A DNA stretch of 64,000 bases. It comes from Acidobacteriota bacterium. Its GTDB lineage: Bacteria; Acidobacteriota; Thermoanaerobaculia; Gp7-AA8. The position numbers and the translations under genes are program-made. Below, one piece after another: positions 37,429 through 48,474 of this stretch. Within the stretch, counting starts at the first letter, position 1, and each line of letters opens with the position of its first letter. The notes beneath the pieces were generated by a model. The model worked only from the letters and a program-made list of their open reading frames with translations, had not been told where the DNA came from and searched no databases. The stretch is from positions 282,574 through 346,573 of the forward strand of contig JAFATB010000019.1 in the NCBI GenBank assembly GCA_019244185.1. Reading direction: 5' to 3'.

Positions 37429-38864
37429 AAGCCCGCGCCGCCGCCGCGTTGCTTGCCGCCATCTCGTTCGTGCTTCCGCTGCACGCGCTCGATACCGAGG
37501 CGTGGCTGGCCGACTTTCACCAGGTGCTGGCGGAGATGTCGTCGCATTACGCGAACCTCGACTCCGCCATCGACGACCGCGGGATGGATCTGCGGGCGCT
37601 GCGCAAGCGCTACGAGCAGCGCATCCGCGACGCGAAGTCGGATGCGGAAGCGCGCGCGGCCATCGACGAGTTTCTCGCGGCGTTCGGCGACGGACACGTG
37701 CGCGTCGACTGGAACGTCGCCGCGCCTGCTCCATCTTCGACCACGCCGGCACGCGACACGCGTCCGCTGTGCGAACGCCTCGGCTACGCCAGCGGCGCCG
37801 ACACGCGTGCGCTCGATTTCTCGCGCATCGCGGAGTACCAGCCGCTCGTCGATGCCGACGCCGCGATCTTTCCCGGCGGCATCCTGCGGCTCGACGGCAA
37901 GCGCAAGGCCGGCATCCTGCGCATCCGCCTCTTCATGGAGACGACGCAGCCGCAGCTCTGCGAGGCGGCGACGAAGTCGCTCGCGCTCGCGAACGATGCG
38001 GAATGCGACGGCAATTGCGCGTGGAGCGTGCAGCTCGCCGCCGGCGATCTCATGACGGCCGCGCTGGAGCGCCGCGTCGAAGCGTTGCGCCGCGCGGGCG
38101 CCACGACGCTGACGGTCGATCTCACCGGCAACGGCGGCGGCTCGAACTGGGTCCAGCCGGCGGCGCGCGTGCTCACGCCGGTGGCGCTGCGCGGCGCGCG
38201 GCTCGCCTTCATCCGCCACGAACACTGGGTGAAAACGCTCGGCTCGTTCCTCGACGACGTCGACTACGACCTCGCGCACGACGCCGCGCCGCGTGCGCAG
38301 CTCCTCGCCGCGAAGACGACGCTGACGCGCGCGCGGGAAGAAGCGCGCGGCACGTGCGATCGCAGCGGCATCTGGAGCGATCCGATGCAGCGTCCCGACT
38401 GCTCGCTCCTCGTGCGCGGTCTCCTCTTCGCGACCGGCGTGCTGCCGTACGCGAAGACCGGCGCGTTCCCGCGCGAGCTGCACGCGCACGGCTCGCTCTT
38501 CGATCCGTCGAACTACGCGTACACCGAAGGCGCGAACCAGTTGCCGCTGGTGATCCTCGTCGACGACAACACCGCGTCCGCCTCGGAAGAGCTCGTCGCG
38601 ATGATGCAGGACAACCACGCCGCGACGATCGTGGGCAGCGCGACGCACGGCTCCGGCTGCGGCTACACCGACGGCGGCATTCAGGCAACGCTCGCGAAAT
38701 CGGGCGCGTCGCTCTTCCTGCCCGACTGCGTCCGCCTGCGCGCCGACGGCACGAACGAAGTCGTCGGCATCACGCCCGACGTCCTCGTGCCGTTCCGCCG
38801 CGCCGACAGCCGCCATCAGAAAGCGCTCAAGGTGCGGCAGGCGCTCCTGCAGATCGCGAAGTGA
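37425..38864 (+). CDS. Secreted S41 family peptidase
   Basis: Signal peptide; FGDGH, DLTGNGGG, TASASE catalytic Ser, GITPDV; ATGA overlap with IrrE-like gene. Confidence 0.82.
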   Translation: MKARAAAALLAAISFVLPLHALDTEAWLADFHQVLAEMSSHYANLDSAIDDRGMDLRALRKRYEQRIRDAKSDAEARAAIDEFLAAFGDGHVRVDWNVAAPAPSSTTPARDTRPLCERLGYASGADTRALDFSRIAEYQPLVDADAAIFPGGILRLDGKRKAGILRIRLFMETTQPQLCEAATKSLALANDAECDGNCAWSVQLAAGDLMTAALERRVEALRRAGATTLTVDLTGNGGGSNWVQPAARVLTPVALRGARLAFIRHEHWVKTLGSFLDDVDYDLAHDAAPRAQLLAAKTTLTRAREEARGTCDRSGIWSDPMQRPDCSLLVRGLLFATGVLPYAKTGAFPRELHAHGSLFDPSNYAYTEGANQLPLVILVDDNTASASEELVAMMQDNHAATIVGSATHGSGCGYTDGGIQATLAKSGASLFLPDCVRLRADGTNEVVGITPDVLVPFRRADSRHQKALKVRQALLQIAK

Positions 38865-38902
38865 TCGGGATGAGAGTGCGCGGCTGACGCGTTCTCATCT
38901 CG

Positions 38903-41644
38903 ATGCCCAATCGCACGATCTCCATCCGCGGCGCGCGGACGCACAACCTGAAGAATGTCTCGGTGGACATCCCGCAGCGGCAGCTGACGGTGATCACCGG
39001 ACCGTCCGGCTCGGGCAAGTCGTCGCTGGCGTTCAACACGCTCTACGCCGAAGGGCAGCGCCGCTTCGTCGAGTCGATGTCGACGTACGTGCGGCAGTTC
39101 CTCGAGCGCATCGACCGCCCCGACGTCGACGAGATCGACGGCATCCTCCCCGGCATCGCCATCGAACAGAAGAACTCGGTGAAGAACGCGCGTTCCACCG
39201 TCGCGACCGCCACCGAGCTCGCGGACCACATCCGCCTCTTCATGACGTACTGCGGCGAGACGTGGTGCCCCGACTGCCACGTGGTGGTACGCAAGGAAAA
39301 CCCGGAGTCGATCACCAACGCGATCCTGGCGCGGCTCAGCGGCAAGCGCGCGGTCGTGCTCGCGCCGGTCTTCTTCGAGGCCGAGCATCGCGCGATCGTC
39401 ATCGACCAGCTCGTGAAGGCGGGCTTCTTTCGCGTCTGGATCGACGGCGAAGTGCGCGACCTCAACGACCTCGACACGAAAGGCTTCACCTCGCTCGAGC
39501 TGGTGATCAACCGGCTGCGGCTCGACGCGGAGCGGCGCACGCAGATCACCGAGGCGATCGAGCAGGCGTTCGAACTATCGAAGGGGAATGTGAACGTGCT
39601 GCAGGAGTCCGACGAGGGCTGGCTCTCGCATCGCTTCACGTCGCACTTTGCGTGCAATCAATGCGGCACCGAGTTCCTCGAGCCGACGCCGCATCTCTTC
39701 TCGTTCAACTCGCCGCTCGGCGCGTGCACGCATTGCCAGGGCTACGGCCGCATCATCGGCATCGATCTCGACAAGGTCATCCCCAACCGCGCGCTGCGTC
39801 TCGACGAGCTGCCGATCGCGCCGTGGAACTCGCCCGGTTACGAGGACTGCTACGAAGACCTCGAGAAAGCGGCAAAGAAATACGGCCTGCGCCTCGACGT
39901 GCCGATCGCCGACCTCACGCCCGCGGAGTGGACGCTGCTCCACGACGGCCGCGGAAAGTGGTACGGCATCAAAGGCTTCTTCGAGTGGCTTGAGACGAAA
40001 AAGTACAAGATCCACGTGCGCGTGAAGCTGGCGAAGTACCGCAGCTACGAGCGCTGCCCCGAATGCCGCGGCTCGCGGCTCAAGAGCGTCGTGGACAACG
40101 TCAAGTTCCGCGACCTCACCATCGGCGAGCTCTTCGCGATGAACGTGCGCACCGCGCGCCGCTTCTGGGAGTTCCTGGCGATGTCGAAGGAAGAAGAAGC
40201 GATCGCCGGACATCTCCGCCGCGAGATCGTGAACCGCCTCGTCTACCTCGATGAAGTCGGCCTCTCGTATCTCACGCTCGACCGCCAGACGCGCACACTC
40301 TCCGGCGGCGAGTCGCAGCGCATCAACCTCGCCGCGGCCCTCGGCAGCTCGCTCACCGAGACGATGTACGTCATCGACGAGCCGACGGTCGGACTGCACG
40401 CGCGCGACAGCGAGCGATTGCTGAGCGTTCTGCGGCGTCTGAAGAACGCCGGCAACACGGTCGTCGTCGTCGAGCACGATCCGACGATCATCGAAGGCGC
40501 CGACTACAACGTCGAGCTCGGACCGGGAGCGGGGGAGTTCGGCGGAACAGTGCTCTACGCCGGCGCTTCACGCGGACTCGACGCGGCGCACGAGCCGATC
40601 GCCGCGAACGACGTCGAGAACGCCGGCGCGATCCGCATCGTCAACGCGCGCGAGCACAACCTGCGCGGCGTCTCGGCGGAGATCCCGCTCGGCAAGCTCG
40701 TCGCCGTCACCGGCGTCTCCGGCTCGGGCAAGTCGACGCTGATCCGCAACTGTCTCTACAACCGCTATCAAAGAGACATCCGCGGCGTGGCCGGACTCGA
40801 GACCGGCAAAGTGGATGCGCTCGAAGGCACGGACCTCGTCTACGACATGGAGTTCGTCGACCAGTCGCCGATCGGCCGCTCGTCGCGCTCGAATCCCGCG
40901 ACCTACATCAAGGCGTGGGACGAGATCCGCAAGCTGCTCGCCGAGACGACCGCCGCAAAACTGAACGGCGTCACCGCCGGCATGTTCTCGTTCAACACGA
41001 CGGGCGGCCGCTGCGAAACGTGTCAGGGCGCAGGCACGGTCACGATCGACATGCAGTTCCTCGCCGACGTCGAAGTCGTCTGCGACAAATGCGACGGCCG
41101 CCGCTTCGGCGACCAGGTCATGAAGGTCACGTTCAAAGGGAAGAACGTGAACGACATCCTGCAGATGACCGTCGACGAGGCGTCGAAGTTCTTCGTCGCG
41201 AAGCGCGCGCTGCTCAAGCGGCTCGACGCGCTCCGCTCGGTCGGCCTCGGCTACCTGCGGCTCGGACAATCCACCGACTCGCTCTCCGGCGGCGAGGCGC
41301 AGCGCCTCAAGCTCGCGTCGTTCCTCGCTGAGAGCGCCGCGAAATCCGACAAGCCGCGCCTCTTCCTCTTCGACGAGCCGACCACCGGCCTGCACCACAC
41401 CGACGTGCAGGTGCTCATCAAGACGTTCCGCGATCTCATCGACCGCGGCAACAGCGTGCTGGTGATCGAACACAACACGCAGCTCATCGAGCAGTCCGAC
41501 TGGATCATCGACTTGGGACCCGAAGGCGGCGACGGCGGCGGCGAGATCGTCGCGGTCGGAACGCCCGACGACATCGCCGCGAATCCGCGCTCGATCACCG
41601 GAAAGTACCTGCGAGTGCAGCGCCGCACGGCCGCCGCGGTTTAG
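38903..41644 (+). CDS. uvrA: Excinuclease ABC subunit A (UvrA family)
   Basis: GARTHNLK, GPSGSGKS, FSFNSP zinc fingers, LSGGE twice, GVSGSGKS, DLGPEGG. Confidence 0.93.
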   Translation: MPNRTISIRGARTHNLKNVSVDIPQRQLTVITGPSGSGKSSLAFNTLYAEGQRRFVESMSTYVRQFLERIDRPDVDEIDGILPGIAIEQKNSVKNARSTVATATELADHIRLFMTYCGETWCPDCHVVVRKENPESITNAILARLSGKRAVVLAPVFFEAEHRAIVIDQLVKAGFFRVWIDGEVRDLNDLDTKGFTSLELVINRLRLDAERRTQITEAIEQAFELSKGNVNVLQESDEGWLSHRFTSHFACNQCGTEFLEPTPHLFSFNSPLGACTHCQGYGRIIGIDLDKVIPNRALRLDELPIAPWNSPGYEDCYEDLEKAAKKYGLRLDVPIADLTPAEWTLLHDGRGKWYGIKGFFEWLETKKYKIHVRVKLAKYRSYERCPECRGSRLKSVVDNVKFRDLTIGELFAMNVRTARRFWEFLAMSKEEEAIAGHLRREIVNRLVYLDEVGLSYLTLDRQTRTLSGGESQRINLAAALGSSLTETMYVIDEPTVGLHARDSERLLSVLRRLKNAGNTVVVVEHDPTIIEGADYNVELGPGAGEFGGTVLYAGASRGLDAAHEPIAANDVENAGAIRIVNAREHNLRGVSAEIPLGKLVAVTGVSGSGKSTLIRNCLYNRYQRDIRGVAGLETGKVDALEGTDLVYDMEFVDQSPIGRSSRSNPATYIKAWDEIRKLLAETTAAKLNGVTAGMFSFNTTGGRCETCQGAGTVTIDMQFLADVEVVCDKCDGRRFGDQVMKVTFKGKNVNDILQMTVDEASKFFVAKRALLKRLDALRSVGLGYLRLGQSTDSLSGGEAQRLKLASFLAESAAKSDKPRLFLFDEPTTGLHHTDVQVLIKTFRDLIDRGNSVLVIEHNTQLIEQSDWIIDLGPEGGDGGGEIVAVGTPDDIAANPRSITGKYLRVQRRTAAAV

Positions 41645-41757
41645 CGTTTCGTCACGCAACAGCGAACGAATCGGCACCTCCCGAGCGATTAACGCTCGGT
41701 GAGCGTTGCACTTGCTGCGCTACAATCGCGCTCACTTTACCCAAGAGGGAGACTCGC

Positions 41758-44136
41758 ATGAGCTCTGTCCCGCAAGGCCTTCCGGATCGAGTCGGGTGGG
41801 AACCCGATCAGCCGGCACCATTCACGCCGTACATCCCCGCCGAGACGCAGCTCCGCGAACTGACGGTGCTGCCCGTCATCGTCGGCACCGTGCTCGGCGT
41901 GATCTTCGGCGCGTCGTCGCTGTATCTCGTGCTGAAGGTCGGTCTCACCGTCAGCGCCTCGATTCCCGTCGCCGTCATCTCGATCACGCTCTTCCGCATC
42001 CTCTCGAAGATGGGCATGCGGAACGCGACGATTCTCGAGAACAACGTCGTGCAGACGGCGGGGTCCGCGGGCGAGTCGATCGCGTTCGGCGTCGGCGTCA
42101 CGATGCCGGCGATCCTCATCCTCGGCTTCGACCTCGAGATCACGCGCGTGATGCTGGTCGCGATCCTCGGGGGCCTCATCGGCATCCTGATGATGATCCC
42201 GTTGCGGCGCGCGCTCATCGTCGCGCAGCACGGCGTGCTGAAGTACCCGGAAGGCACCGCGTGCGCCGAGGTGCTGAAGGCGGGCGCCAGTGACGAGTCG
42301 CGAGCGGCGGCGTCGGAAGAAGCGAAGCGCGAACAGGAAGCGCTCGGCGGCGCCGGCACCAGCGGCAAGACGATCTTCACCGGCTTCGGCATCGGCCTGG
42401 TCTACAAGACCGTGATGGTCGCGCTGCGCGGCTGGAAGGACACGCCGAGCAAAGTCTTCGGCGCGCCGTTCACCGCGGCCTCGCTCTCGGTCGAGATCTC
42501 GCCCGAGCTCCTCGGCGTCGGCTACATCATCGGCCCGCGCATCGCCGCGGTCATGTGCGCGGGCGGCGTGCTCGCGTACCTCGTGCTCATCCCGATGATC
42601 AAGTTCTTCGGGTCGTCGCTCGTGGCGCCGCTCGCGCCCGAAGCCACGATGCTCATCCGCGACATGGGACCGGGCGACATCCGCAACGCGTACGTGCTCT
42701 ACATCGGCGCGGGCGCGGTCGCGGCGGGCGGCATCATCAGCGTCTTCCGCTCGCTGCCGATCATCTGGCACGGCATCAAGGGCGGCATGCGCGACATCTC
42801 GAATGCGCGCGGCGGCGCCGACACGCCGACCGTGCCGCGCACCGATCGCGACCTCTCCATCAACGTCGTCCTCATCGGCATCGTCGCGCTGCTGCTCGTC
42901 ATCGCGTTCGCGAACCCGCTGTACGTCGGCGGCACCGGCATCGCCGCGCGCGTCGCGGCCGCGGTGCTGATCATCGTCTTCGGCTTCCTCTTCGTGACGG
43001 TTTCCTCGCGCCTCACCGGCGAGATCGGCTCGTCGTCGAATCCGATCTCCGGCATGACCGTCGCGACGCTGCTGCTCACCTGCCTCTGCTTCGTCATCCT
43101 CGGCTGGACGGGCAACAACTACTTCGTCACCGCGCTGTCGATCGGCGCGATCGTCTGCATCGCCTCGTCGAACGGCGGCACGACCTCGCAGGATCTCAAG
43201 ACCGGCTTCCTCGTCGGCGCGACGCCGAAGGCGCAGCAGATCTCGATCCTCATCGGCGCGCTCGCCTCCGCGCTCGTCCTCGGGCCGATCCTCCTCAAGC
43301 TCAACGACGCGTACTCGGTGTACGTGCCGGTCGGCGCGACCGGCAGCGGCATCACGTCCGGCTCCGCGAAAGCGGGCGAGATCGCGCAGCGCAAGGACTT
43401 CCACGGCCGCGCGCACGTGCAGGGCATGCTGCTCAACGGCGGCACCGACGCGAAGGAGTACAACGTCTGGTTCCGTCAGGGCGACACCGGCGCGAACGCG
43501 GAGAAGTACCTCGTCGACGACGCCGGCAAGCCGGTCTACTACGTCGACCCCGGCATCAACGGCTCGATCCGCAAGCTGCCAAACGGCACCGACGTCACGA
43601 AGTTTGACGCGCCGAAAGCCACGCTGATGTCGTACATCATCAAGGGCATCCTCGGCGGCAAGCTGCCGTGGGGACTCGTCCTGCTCGGCGTCATGATCGC
43701 GGTCGTGCTCGAGCTCTCCGGCATCCCGTCGCTCGCCTTCGCGGTCGGCGTCTACCTGCCGCTGTCGTCGTCGACGCCGCTCCTCGCCGGCGGCCTCGTG
43801 CGCTGGGGCGTGGACAAGTGGATTGCGAAGAAGCACGCGGGCAAGCAGCTCACCGAAGACCAGCTCGTGGCGGAAGGCGACAAGAGCCCCGGCGTACTGC
43901 TCGCGTCGGGCTACATCGCGGGCGGCGCGATCGCCGGCATTCTCATCGCGTTCCTCGCGGGCGTGCCGTCGATGGCCGGCATCAACAAGACCATCGGCGA
44001 CATCGCGGCGAAGAATCCGTTCTCGGAAGGCGCGTCCTCCGATCTGCTGTCGCTCATTCCGTTCGCGATCATCATCGCGCTGCTCTACCTCACCGGACGC
44101 GAGACGATCCTCGCGCATCGCGAAGGCGACGTGTAA
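41758..44136 (+). CDS. OPT family oligopeptide/metal-chelate transporter
   Basis: [42 protein letters not shown]; SD GAGGGAG. Confidence 0.92.
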   Translation: MSSVPQGLPDRVGWEPDQPAPFTPYIPAETQLRELTVLPVIVGTVLGVIFGASSLYLVLKVGLTVSASIPVAVISITLFRILSKMGMRNATILENNVVQTAGSAGESIAFGVGVTMPAILILGFDLEITRVMLVAILGGLIGILMMIPLRRALIVAQHGVLKYPEGTACAEVLKAGASDESRAAASEEAKREQEALGGAGTSGKTIFTGFGIGLVYKTVMVALRGWKDTPSKVFGAPFTAASLSVEISPELLGVGYIIGPRIAAVMCAGGVLAYLVLIPMIKFFGSSLVAPLAPEATMLIRDMGPGDIRNAYVLYIGAGAVAAGGIISVFRSLPIIWHGIKGGMRDISNARGGADTPTVPRTDRDLSINVVLIGIVALLLVIAFANPLYVGGTGIAARVAAAVLIIVFGFLFVTVSSRLTGEIGSSSNPISGMTVATLLLTCLCFVILGWTGNNYFVTALSIGAIVCIASSNGGTTSQDLKTGFLVGATPKAQQISILIGALASALVLGPILLKLNDAYSVYVPVGATGSGITSGSAKAGEIAQRKDFHGRAHVQGMLLNGGTDAKEYNVWFRQGDTGANAEKYLVDDAGKPVYYVDPGINGSIRKLPNGTDVTKFDAPKATLMSYIIKGILGGKLPWGLVLLGVMIAVVLELSGIPSLAFAVGVYLPLSSSTPLLAGGLVRWGVDKWIAKKHAGKQLTEDQLVAEGDKSPGVLLASGYIAGGAIAGILIAFLAGVPSMAGINKTIGDIAAKNPFSEGASSDLLSLIPFAIIIALLYLTGRETILAHREGDV

Positions 44137-44163
44137 GGTTTCCGCGCAATTCGCGCGACAATG

Positions 44164-44192
44164 AAGGCGGGCCGCACGGCCCGCCTTTTTTT
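44164..44192 (+). terminator. Rho-independent terminator after OPT gene
   Basis: AAGGCGGGCC-GCAC-GGCCCGCCTT ending in a run of 7 T (44186-44192). Confidence 0.8.
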
Positions 44193-46829
44193 ATGGCGGA
44201 CGCTCTTGCACTGTTGATCGCGGTGATCGCGCTCGTCGTCGTCCTGCGTTTGCGGCGCGCGATCGCAGAGCTGCGCGCGTTCATCGCGCTGACGCGCGGC
44301 GCGCCGGAGCCGCCGAGCGTGGCGCCTCCTGTTGCGGCCACTGCCGCGCCGCCGCCCGCCGCTGCCGTCGAGCCGGAACCGCGGCCTGCCGCACCTCCGC
44401 CGCCACCGCCCGCCGCCCAGCCCGAAATCCCGATCTACACACCGCCTGCTCCGCGGCCTTCCGCCGCTCCGCAGGTGCCACCTTCCATCGCCACGAACAA
44501 CGCCTGGGCGATCGACTGGGAGAACCTCGTCGGCATCAAGCTCTTCTCCTGGATCGCCGGCATCGCGCTCGTGCTCGCGGCCGTGTTCCTCTTCAAGTAC
44601 TCGGTCGAACACGGCTGGCTGCGGCCGGCGATTCGCGCGGGCTTCGGCCTCGTAACCGGCATCGTGCTGCTCGTCGTCTGCGAGCTGCGCGTCGCGCGCG
44701 ACTACCGCTTCACCGCGAACGCGCTCGACGGCGCCGGCATCGCCATCCTCTACGCGACGCTCTACGCGCTGCACGCACGCTGGCACCTCTGGCCGGGCGG
44801 CGTCGTGTTCGTCGGGATGCTGCTCGTCACCGCGGCGGCGGTCTTCCTCTCGACGCGGCGCGACTCCGTCTTCGTGGCGCTCCTCGGATTGCTCGGCGGC
44901 TTCGCCACGCCCGCGCTGCTGTCGACGGGGGAGAACCGTCCCATCGAGCTCTTCTCGTATCTGCTGCTGCTCAACGGCGGCATCTCGTGGATCGCGTGGC
45001 GCAAGCGCTGGCCGCTGCTGACCGGGATCAGCGTCGTGCTGACCGTCATCTATCAGTGGGGCTGGATCTCGCGCTTCCTCGACGCGTCGCAGCTGCCGCT
45101 CGCGGCGGCGATCTTCGTCGCGTTCGCGATCGTCGCGGCGACGTCGTTCTTCACGCGAGGCGAAGACGGCGAGCGCACCGCGGTCTTCCGCCGCATCGCC
45201 GCCGCGGGCGCGGTGCTGCCGCTGCTCTTCGCATTCTTCACCGCGATCGTGCCGGCGTACGGTGCGCGCTTCAACGTGCTGTTCGGCTTCCTCATGCTCG
45301 TCACCGCGGGACTCGCGGCCATCGCCGCTTGGCGCGGACCCACATGGCTGCACGACTTGGGCGCGCTGGCGACGCTGCTCACGTTCTTCATTTGGCTCAC
45401 CGTGTCGTACACCGCCGCGTCGTGGCCGTGGTCGCTACTCTGGCTCGCGGGCTTCATCGCGCTGTATCTCGTGACCGGCGTCCGCGTGCGCAGCGTGGCC
45501 ACGCTGGCGGCGGGCTTTCTGTTCTTTGTTTTCGTCGGACTGGCGTTCCGCGAGACCTCGCATGCGACGACGCTCGCCGGCGCGATGTTCGCGCTGCTCG
45601 CGATCGTCTACCTCGCGTCGCTGCTGATGCGGCAGTACGCGCTGCTGGTGCCGGCGATCGCCTTCAGCGCGATCGCGGTGTTGGCGCTCGACAACCTCTC
45701 GTTCGGCGCGTCGCTCGCCGCGCACACCGTTCTCTTCACGGCGGCCTTCGCGCTGGCGTGGATCGCCGACTGGTCGTGGATCGCGCTCGCCGCGATCCCG
45801 TTCTACGCCTGCGCGATCGGCTTCGCTCCGACGCACGGCAACGTCGAGCCGCTCGTCTTCGCGGCCGCGATCTACGCGCTCTTCCTCGCGTATCCGCTGC
45901 TGCTCGGCGCGCGCGTGAAGCGCTCGCCGTTTCCGCATCTCGCGGCAGTGCTGGCGAGCCTCATCCTCGCCGTGCGCGCGTACTACGCGCTCGAGAAGCT
46001 CGGCTACGACGACGTCATCGGTCTTTTGCCGCTCGGCGTCGCCGCGCTGCTCGTGCTGCTGCTCTGGCGCCTCTTGCGCGACGAGCCGTCGGTCGTCTCA
46101 CGCACGGCGTTCGTCGCCGGCAGCGCGCTCGCGTTCATTACCGCGGCCGTGCCGCTGCAGCTCTCGAACGAATGGATCACGATTGCGTGGGCGCTCGAGG
46201 GCACGGCGCTGGCGTGGCTTTTCCAGCGCATTCCGCATCGCGGCCTCCTCGTCTGGAGCGGCGGTCTCTTCGCCGCCGTCGTCGCGCGGCTGCTCCTCAA
46301 TCCGGCCGTCCTCGACTATCACGCGAAGAGCGCGACGCCGATCGTGAACTGGTACCTCTACACGTATCTCGTCTGCGCGATCGCGATGTACGCCGGCGCG
46401 CGGTTCTTCGACGCGCACGCCGCACGCGGCGCCATCGCCGCGGGCGCGACCGCGCTCCTCTTCGCGCTCGTCAACATCGAGGTCGCCGACTGGTACTCGA
46501 CCGGCGACACGCTGACGTTCAACTTCTTCTCGTCGACGCTCGCGCAGGACCTCACGTACACGTTCGCGTGGACCCTCTTCGCGATCGCCATGCTCGTCAT
46601 CGGCATCGCCTTCCGCGTGCGCGGCGCGCGCGTGGCCGCCCTCGGCCTGCTGCTCGTGACGATCCTCAAGTGCTTCCTGCACGACCTCGCGCGCCTCGGC
46701 GGGCTCTATCGCGTGGCGTCGCTCTTCGGCCTCGCCGTCTCGCTCGTGCTCGTCGGCGTGCTGCTGCAGCGCTTCGTCATGATGAGGAGCGCGTCCGAAA
46801 CCTCCGGCGCTCCGACGGGCACCACGTAG
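44193..46829 (+). CDS. DUF2339 domain polytopic membrane protein
   Basis: Pro-rich N-terminal loop, WENLVGIKLFSWIAG, GGFATP, more than 20 TMs, C-terminal K..LHDL..LGGLYRVAS. Confidence 0.85.
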   Translation: MADALALLIAVIALVVVLRLRRAIAELRAFIALTRGAPEPPSVAPPVAATAAPPPAAAVEPEPRPAAPPPPPPAAQPEIPIYTPPAPRPSAAPQVPPSIATNNAWAIDWENLVGIKLFSWIAGIALVLAAVFLFKYSVEHGWLRPAIRAGFGLVTGIVLLVVCELRVARDYRFTANALDGAGIAILYATLYALHARWHLWPGGVVFVGMLLVTAAAVFLSTRRDSVFVALLGLLGGFATPALLSTGENRPIELFSYLLLLNGGISWIAWRKRWPLLTGISVVLTVIYQWGWISRFLDASQLPLAAAIFVAFAIVAATSFFTRGEDGERTAVFRRIAAAGAVLPLLFAFFTAIVPAYGARFNVLFGFLMLVTAGLAAIAAWRGPTWLHDLGALATLLTFFIWLTVSYTAASWPWSLLWLAGFIALYLVTGVRVRSVATLAAGFLFFVFVGLAFRETSHATTLAGAMFALLAIVYLASLLMRQYALLVPAIAFSAIAVLALDNLSFGASLAAHTVLFTAAFALAWIADWSWIALAAIPFYACAIGFAPTHGNVEPLVFAAAIYALFLAYPLLLGARVKRSPFPHLAAVLASLILAVRAYYALEKLGYDDVIGLLPLGVAALLVLLLWRLLRDEPSVVSRTAFVAGSALAFITAAVPLQLSNEWITIAWALEGTALAWLFQRIPHRGLLVWSGGLFAAVVARLLLNPAVLDYHAKSATPIVNWYLYTYLVCAIAMYAGARFFDAHAARGAIAAGATALLFALVNIEVADWYSTGDTLTFNFFSSTLAQDLTYTFAWTLFAIAMLVIGIAFRVRGARVAALGLLLVTILKCFLHDLARLGGLYRVASLFGLAVSLVLVGVLLQRFVMMRSASETSGAPTGTT

Positions 46830-47124
46830 CGGCGATCCGGCGCGCGCTCCAGCGCGGCAGCGCGCGCACGAGCGCCACGTGCACGAGGATCGCGGCGTTG
46901 ACGAGCTGCAGCAGCGCCAGCGACTCGCGCCGGTTCGCGAACGGCATCCGCGCGTCCGGCCAATGCACGAAGAGATAATCGACCGCGACGAGCAACGCGA
47001 GCTGCACGAAGTCGCGCAACAGCGCGCGGCGGCGCGCGGAGCGAATCGCCACGCGCGCGTCGCAAACGACCTGCGGCGGGCATTCGCGCGTCGTGACGCC
47101 GGGGAGCAGCTCGGATGTCGGCAT
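46777..47124 (-). CDS. Small hypothetical membrane protein
   Basis: Two hydrophobic segments; co-oriented with downstream-coordinate genes; overlaps DUF2339 3' end. Confidence 0.5.
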   Translation of the reverse strand: MPTSELLPGVTTRECPPQVVCDARVAIRSARRRALLRDFVQLALLVAVDYLFVHWPDARMPFANRRESLALLQLVNAAILVHVALVRALPRWSARRIAATWCPSERRRFRTRSSS

Positions 47125-47173
47125 TGTAGAAACACCGACATCCAACTGCAGATAACTATTCCTTACGGCTGAG

Positions 47174-48448
47174 TCAGCGATTCCGCAGGCGGATCGTCTG
47201 CGCCACGAGGTTGCCGCCCGCGTCGCGGAACGCTTTCACGACGACCGTATCGCCCGTGCGCAGATTGCCCGCGGTCGTGTACGTCGTGCCCTTCGTCCGC
47301 ACGACGAAGTCATCCGTGGCCCACAGCTGCACGATGCGATTGGTCGTGCGGTCGCGCAGCGAGAGCGTGCCCGCGTCTTCGAGCGTCTCCGTGACCGTGC
47401 CGGTGATCGTCACCGCGGCGTAGCGCGCATAGTCATCGGCGGGCGCCGTCGTCGACGGATACGGCGTGCCGGAGCCGCTGCCGCCGGTTGCGCTCGCATA
47501 GCGCACCGTCGACGCGAGGAAGAGATCGCCGTTCTGATTGAAGCTGCCGCTGATGTCGAGCCGGTCGCCGATGCGCAGATCGCGCGAATGCATGACGTCG
47601 CCGGTCGCATCGTTCGCCTGGCTCATGTCGACGCGCACTTCACCGCGCCCGTCGTCGACGTACGCCGCGTCCGCGTTCGGATCGAGGCGCGTCACGCGTC
47701 CTTCGAGAATCGTCACGGTGCCGCCGGACGGCGCGACGATGCCGCCTTCCTGCACGGAGCGCGTCACGGTGATCGAGCGCGCGCTGATCTCGTTGCGATC
47801 GCCGTAGCGCGGATCGATTGCGACGGTGATGTGATCGCCGACCTCGAGGTTCGCCACGCGGTACTGCTGGCCGCGATACGTGACCGGCGTCGTGCGCGAC
47901 GTGCGCACGGTCAGCATCTGCCGATCGCTCGTCTGCACGACGAGCCGTCCTTCATCCGTGTTGATCTGGCGGATCGTGCCGTCGAGCGACGTCGGTGTCG
48001 CGGCGTTGTCGTTGACGCCGGTGGCGCGGTCGTCGGTCGGCGTCGACATGCTGTTCGGATTGCGCGTCTGGCCGACGCCCGTCGTGGGCGCGGCGACTTC
48101 GCGGCCGAGAAGCGTGATGCGGTCGGCTTTGTAGACGTTCTGACCGCGGCTCGCGCCGCGAATCTCGACGCGGTCGCCGAGGCGGAGATTCGAGAAGCCG
48201 CTCGAGCCGGTGAAGATTTCCGGCTTGCCGGCGATGACGGTGCCGAAGCCGTAGTACGTCGTCGACACGGAATCCGCCTCGATGGTAAGGCGCGACGCAT
48301 AGTCGTCGTCCGGCTCGATCTGCAACCGGCTGCGGCCTTCGTCAACGTCGACGACCGTCCCGCTGAGCGGACGCTCTTGCGCGTATGAGGACAGCGATGC
48401 AAACGCCAGCATCGCGAAAATCGCGGAAATCCGCAGAGTGCGTGTCAT
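47174..48448 (-). CDS. Secreted protein with repeated DUF5666/OB-fold-like domains
   Basis: Signal peptide; four repeats ending L(R/E)xGDxV; SD AGGAGG. Confidence 0.72.
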   Translation of the reverse strand: MTRTLRISAIFAMLAFASLSSYAQERPLSGTVVDVDEGRSRLQIEPDDDYASRLTIEADSVSTTYYGFGTVIAGKPEIFTGSSGFSNLRLGDRVEIRGASRGQNVYKADRITLLGREVAAPTTGVGQTRNPNSMSTPTDDRATGVNDNAATPTSLDGTIRQINTDEGRLVVQTSDRQMLTVRTSRTTPVTYRGQQYRVANLEVGDHITVAIDPRYGDRNEISARSITVTRSVQEGGIVAPSGGTVTILEGRVTRLDPNADAAYVDDGRGEVRVDMSQANDATGDVMHSRDLRIGDRLDISGSFNQNGDLFLASTVRYASATGGSGSGTPYPSTTAPADDYARYAAVTITGTVTETLEDAGTLSLRDRTTNRIVQLWATDDFVVRTKGTTYTTAGNLRTGDTVVVKAFRDAGGNLVAQTIRLRNR

Positions 48449-48474
48449 GGGGCCTCCTGTTCGAGCGGAGACGG

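Noticed and set aside
41681-41699. Small hairpin CCGAGCG-ATTAA-CGCTCGG after uvrA as a riboswitch for the OPT gene
   Set aside because: Only 7 bp, upstream of the likely TACAAT -10 at 41721, and no known aptamer motif
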